This document shows, in pieces, positions 17,522 to 20,000 of a stretch of DNA of 20,000 nt. This DNA is from an uncultured virus (IMG/VR IMGVR_UViG_3300029319_000030) (taxonomy: Duplodnaviria > Heunggongvirae > Uroviricota > Caudoviricetes), in IMG/VR virus record IMGVR_UViG_3300029319_000030, positions 46,680 through 66,679 of that record; one strand, 5' to 3'. The notes under the pieces were generated by a model. The model worked only from the letters and a program-made list of their open reading frames with translations. It ran no database searches and had not been told where the DNA came from. Within the stretch, counting starts at the first letter, position 1. Each line of letters starts with the position of its first letter. Made by a program: the position numbers and the translations under genes.

Positions 17522-17737
17522 ATGAGAAAATTTAAAATACTAAAAAATAAAGATATGCTTATGTCTGAGTTTAGCCCTGAAGGCGTAACAGAAACTCTAT
17601 ACAGGCCATATGAACTAGGTGAGTTACCTAAAGAGTTTGGCTGCATTAAGTACGAACACAACGGCAAGGTTAAAGTCGGCATGAGCAATTGGCTAAAAAT
17701 TAATGGTTTAACTTATGTAAAAATAGACAATGAATAA
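17522..17737 (+). CDS. Hypothetical protein
   Basis: 71 aa ORF in operon. Confidence 0.6.
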   Translation: MRKFKILKNKDMLMSEFSPEGVTETLYRPYELGELPKEFGCIKYEHNGKVKVGMSNWLKINGLTYVKIDNE

Positions 17738-18098
17738 AGAAGAATTAAATAAAGAAATAGAAAAATTAAAAGCTATAATTTTAACTCACGAAGAGCAAGT
17801 TAAAATTTTGCAAGACAACTTACAAGTTACTGAGCAGAAATTAAAAGATGTTGATAAGCCAAAGTTAACCAGAAAACAATTTGATGAGTTACATAAAGTT
17901 ATTGAAACTAGCGTTGAAAACTTTGACTTTAATAACGTTGAAAACTATAACGCTGAAATGGGTATGGAATATGACAATAAAGTATACTTAGATTGCATAG
18001 AATTTGAAAATCATTGTGATTTAGCATCACAAATTATAAGTGATGTTGAAAGTTTATTCGGCGTAGCTGATGAAGATGATGAAGAAAACGAAGCGTAG
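17730..18098 (+). CDS. Hypothetical acidic coiled-coil protein
   Basis: 122 aa, N-terminal heptads, acidic tail. Confidence 0.7.
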   Translation: MNKEELNKEIEKLKAIILTHEEQVKILQDNLQVTEQKLKDVDKPKLTRKQFDELHKVIETSVENFDFNNVENYNAEMGMEYDNKVYLDCIEFENHCDLASQIISDVESLFGVADEDDEENEA

Positions 18099-18183
18099 GT
18101 TGTAATCACCTTCCAGACGTAGATGGAAAAATAATGCGCTCAACCCGAGTAGTGCAACAGTACTTTAGTACTAGCTACTCAAT

Positions 18184-18286
18184 AGCACGAACAGGAGTAC
18201 TGCTTGCATTAGTAAACGTTTTCACGAGCTAATGGGTGAGAAGGTTACCGTTGATCAGGTAGTGGGTTCGAGTCCCACTCGTGCTA
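18184..18286 (+). ncRNA. Non-canonical tRNA-like RNA (103 nt)
   Basis: Perfect 7-bp acceptor AGCACGA/TCGTGCT plus discriminator A; T arm GTGGG-TTCGAGT-CCCAC; 71-nt interior with three hairpins but no canonical D loop or 7-nt anticodon loop. Confidence 0.65.
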
Positions 18287-18290
18287 CAAT

Positions 18291-18324
18291 TACAAACTAA
18301 ATACGAGTATAATTAGATAATATA
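18291..18324 (+). promoter_or_regulatory. 34-bp early motif copy 7
   Basis: tacaaac-TAAATACGA-gtataatt-AGATAATATA; ATG 3 nt downstream. Confidence 0.75.
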
Positions 18325-18327
18325 AAC

Positions 18328-18561
18328 ATGAAAACAATATATGACAAACTCAAACCAGATATTCTGGCGAGTATAAAAGCAGATGAAAAAACATATCCAT
18401 ACACAACTAAAGCACTTATCGAAGAGCTTAAAACCTGTCTCGACTGGTCACAGTTGTCAATAGCTGCGTGTAGAACAATAATAATACACTCACATGCAAA
18501 AGTTTTAGACTCGGTTGATATTCAAGATTTATGGTGGGGTGATAATTATTTAGTAAAATGA
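18328..18561 (+). CDS. Hypothetical protein
   Basis: 77 aa, directly after motif copy 7. Confidence 0.7.
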   Translation: MKTIYDKLKPDILASIKADEKTYPYTTKALIEELKTCLDWSQLSIAACRTIIIHSHAKVLDSVDIQDLWWGDNYLVK

Positions 18562-18650
18562 TAGAATTAACAACAGATATGAGTATATATGCAGTAATAA
18601 TAGCGTACGTTGTATTTTTTACAATAGCTACGTGGAGTGTTAAAAAATAA
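18558..18650 (+). CDS. Membrane micropeptide (30 aa)
   Basis: MIELTTDMSIYAVIIAYVVFFTIATWSVKK*; 4-nt overlap with upstream gene. Confidence 0.45.
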   Translation: MIELTTDMSIYAVIIAYVVFFTIATWSVKK

Positions 18651-18661
18651 TAATTAATAAT

Positions 18662-19111
18662 ATGGCAACAAGAGCAATGATAAGCATAGCTAAACGTGAA
18701 GAAGGAGTATCGTTTAGCAAAATACCAGACAAGACAATTGTGGACATTTACCACCACTGGGATGGTTACCCTGAAGGATTAGGCGTGAAATTAGCCTCTT
18801 ATCTTAATGGTTATCACATAGTTAATGGTCTTGGTAGAGAAAATGATAGACTATTTAATGGCATCGGTTGTATGGCTGCTGCAATAGTTTGTCATCTAAA
18901 ACTAGAGAATGCTGGCTGTGATGATAGTGGTAAAATAAATATTAAACCTGGTGACGTATACATAGGGCCTAGAGAATCTCATAGTTGGATAGACTATCAT
19001 TACTACGTTTGGGGTGATTACTACAAATCTATATGGATTAGTATATTTGATGGTAATGAGTGCATATTTGTAGGTAAACCTCAAGCATTATTAGATAAAT
19101 ACACAAACTAA
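18662..19111 (+). CDS. Hypothetical phage protein (YxHxDGYP motif)
   Basis: MATRAMI...IYHHWDGYPEGLG...; stop is the TAA inside motif copy 8. Confidence 0.7.
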   Translation: MATRAMISIAKREEGVSFSKIPDKTIVDIYHHWDGYPEGLGVKLASYLNGYHIVNGLGRENDRLFNGIGCMAAAIVCHLKLENAGCDDSGKINIKPGDVYIGPRESHSWIDYHYYVWGDYYKSIWISIFDGNECIFVGKPQALLDKYTN

Positions 19112-19135
19112 ATACGATAGTATATGGATAATATA
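19102..19135 (+). promoter_or_regulatory. 34-bp early motif copy 8
   Basis: cacaaac-TAAATACGA-tagtatat-GGATAATATA. Confidence 0.7.
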
Positions 19136-19408
19136 AAAGATGAAAACCTAAAACGATTAGGTAAGTACATAGCACAAGAGTTTATTAACTTAGCTCGTGA
19201 AACAACTAAAACAGACTGGGTAGAAACTAATGTACGTGACTACAGTATCGGCGAGTTAGCACGCTGTGTCACATTACAAAATCTATACTTAGATCGTGAA
19301 GAGTACGAAAAATGTGCTATAATGAAAGTAAGAATAATGGAGTTGCAAGATAGATTAGATCTACCAAGCGACACCGATTTAACAAATTTAGAAGATGATG
19401 AAGAATAA
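19124..19408 (+). CDS. Hypothetical protein with UVR-like motif
   Basis: 'LYLDREEYEKCAIMKVRI' resembles the UVR motif; start codon lies inside motif copy 8. Confidence 0.6.
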   Translation: MDNIKDENLKRLGKYIAQEFINLARETTKTDWVETNVRDYSIGELARCVTLQNLYLDREEYEKCAIMKVRIMELQDRLDLPSDTDLTNLEDDEE

Positions 19409-20000
19409 ACCAATGTTAGCTTACCCAGTAAGCGATAAACCAATAGACTATAGTAAGCCTGTATATATGCAACCAAAGCTTGATGGAGTTAGATGTTTAA
19501 TACAGTATGACAATGGCGTAGTAACTGCATACTCACGTACAGGTAAAGTGTGGAAAAACATAGAACATATAACGTTAAACTTATATAATTTCTTTGATAA
19601 ACACCCAAACGTTGTACTAGACGGCGAGTTGTATAACCATGATTTTAGAGACGATTTCGAACAAATCATATCTATGGTCAGAAAAACAAAACCAGACGCC
19701 GAGGCACGTGCTAAATCACGCGATAACGTGCAGTTTCATTGCTATGATATTATAAATAAAAAGATGAAGTTTAGTACACGCAACAAGTGGATTACAGACA
19801 ATCTACAAGAAAGTTACTGTGTTGTAACAGTACCAACTATACAAATGACATCTGAAGATGGTGCTAGATTAACTCATGCGGTTAATTTAAAAGCTGGTTA
19901 CGAAGGTTCTATTATAAGATTAGATACACCTTATCAATGTAAAAGGTCACATAGTCTTAGAAAGTTCAAAGACTTTAGCGATGCTGAAGCTAACATTGTT
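19395..20000 (+). CDS. ATP-dependent DNA ligase (partial, runs off right edge; not in ORF track)
   Basis: MMKNKPMLAYP...motif I QPKLDGVRC, motif III LDGELY, IIIa FHCYD, IV GYEGSIIR, V KRSHSLRKFKDF. Confidence 0.9.
   Translation, partial: MMKNKPMLAYPVSDKPIDYSKPVYMQPKLDGVRCLIQYDNGVVTAYSRTGKVWKNIEHITLNLYNFFDKHPNVVLDGELYNHDFRDDFEQIISMVRKTKPDAEARAKSRDNVQFHCYDIINKKMKFSTRNKWITDNLQESYCVVTVPTIQMTSEDGARLTHAVNLKAGYEGSIIRLDTPYQCKRSHSLRKFKDFSDAEANIV

Noticed and set aside
15166..18286. Canonical tRNA or tmRNA genes
   Set aside because: No 7-nt anticodon loop or canonical D loop could be assigned; no G3-U70 alanine identity pair or tag ORF.
13765..19135. Repeats as a CRISPR array or loxP/dif-type recombination sites (34 bp, 8-nt core)
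   Set aside because: Spacing is irregular (about 0.1-1.35 kb) with whole genes between copies; arms are not inverted repeats; cores all differ, which would hinder tyrosine-recombinase exchange; no cas or recombinase gene in the window.
13982..19669. Minus-strand ORFs in the early arm (e.g. 13982..14194, 16027..16257, 18428..18757, 19448..19669)
   Set aside because: Antisense to tightly packed plus-strand genes, with no recognisable motifs.
1..20000. Alternative genetic code (stop-codon recoding)
   Set aside because: Long genes translate intact with the standard bacterial code and gene packing is dense.

Overview
AT-rich segment of a tailed dsDNA phage genome, probably infecting Bacteroidota/Flavobacteria (inferred from AT-rich leaders with no Shine-Dalgarno and A at -3 of most starts). 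The left two-thirds (1-13565) is a minus-strand late/morphogenesis arm: probable scaffold, portal, terminase large subunit, a GroES-like double-domain protein, holin, winged-helix protein, paralogous small proteins, GroES and GroEL. GroEL and the wHTH gene are each broken only by a 10-N assembly gap. A hairpin plus a C-tract/G-quadruplex-prone element (13621-13731) marks the divergence point. The right third (13765-20000) is a plus-strand early arm of small genes ending in an ATP-dependent DNA ligase. Eight copies of a 34-bp bipartite motif, YACAAANTAAATACGA-N8-RGATAATA, punctuate this arm and are probably phage-specific promoters giving near-leaderless transcripts. It also has three structured intergenic RNAs, two ending in non-canonical tRNA-like acceptor+T-arm modules. 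Small genes missed by the ORF track include an ArfA-like basic peptide and membrane micropeptides. All calls are from manual reading; no searches were run.
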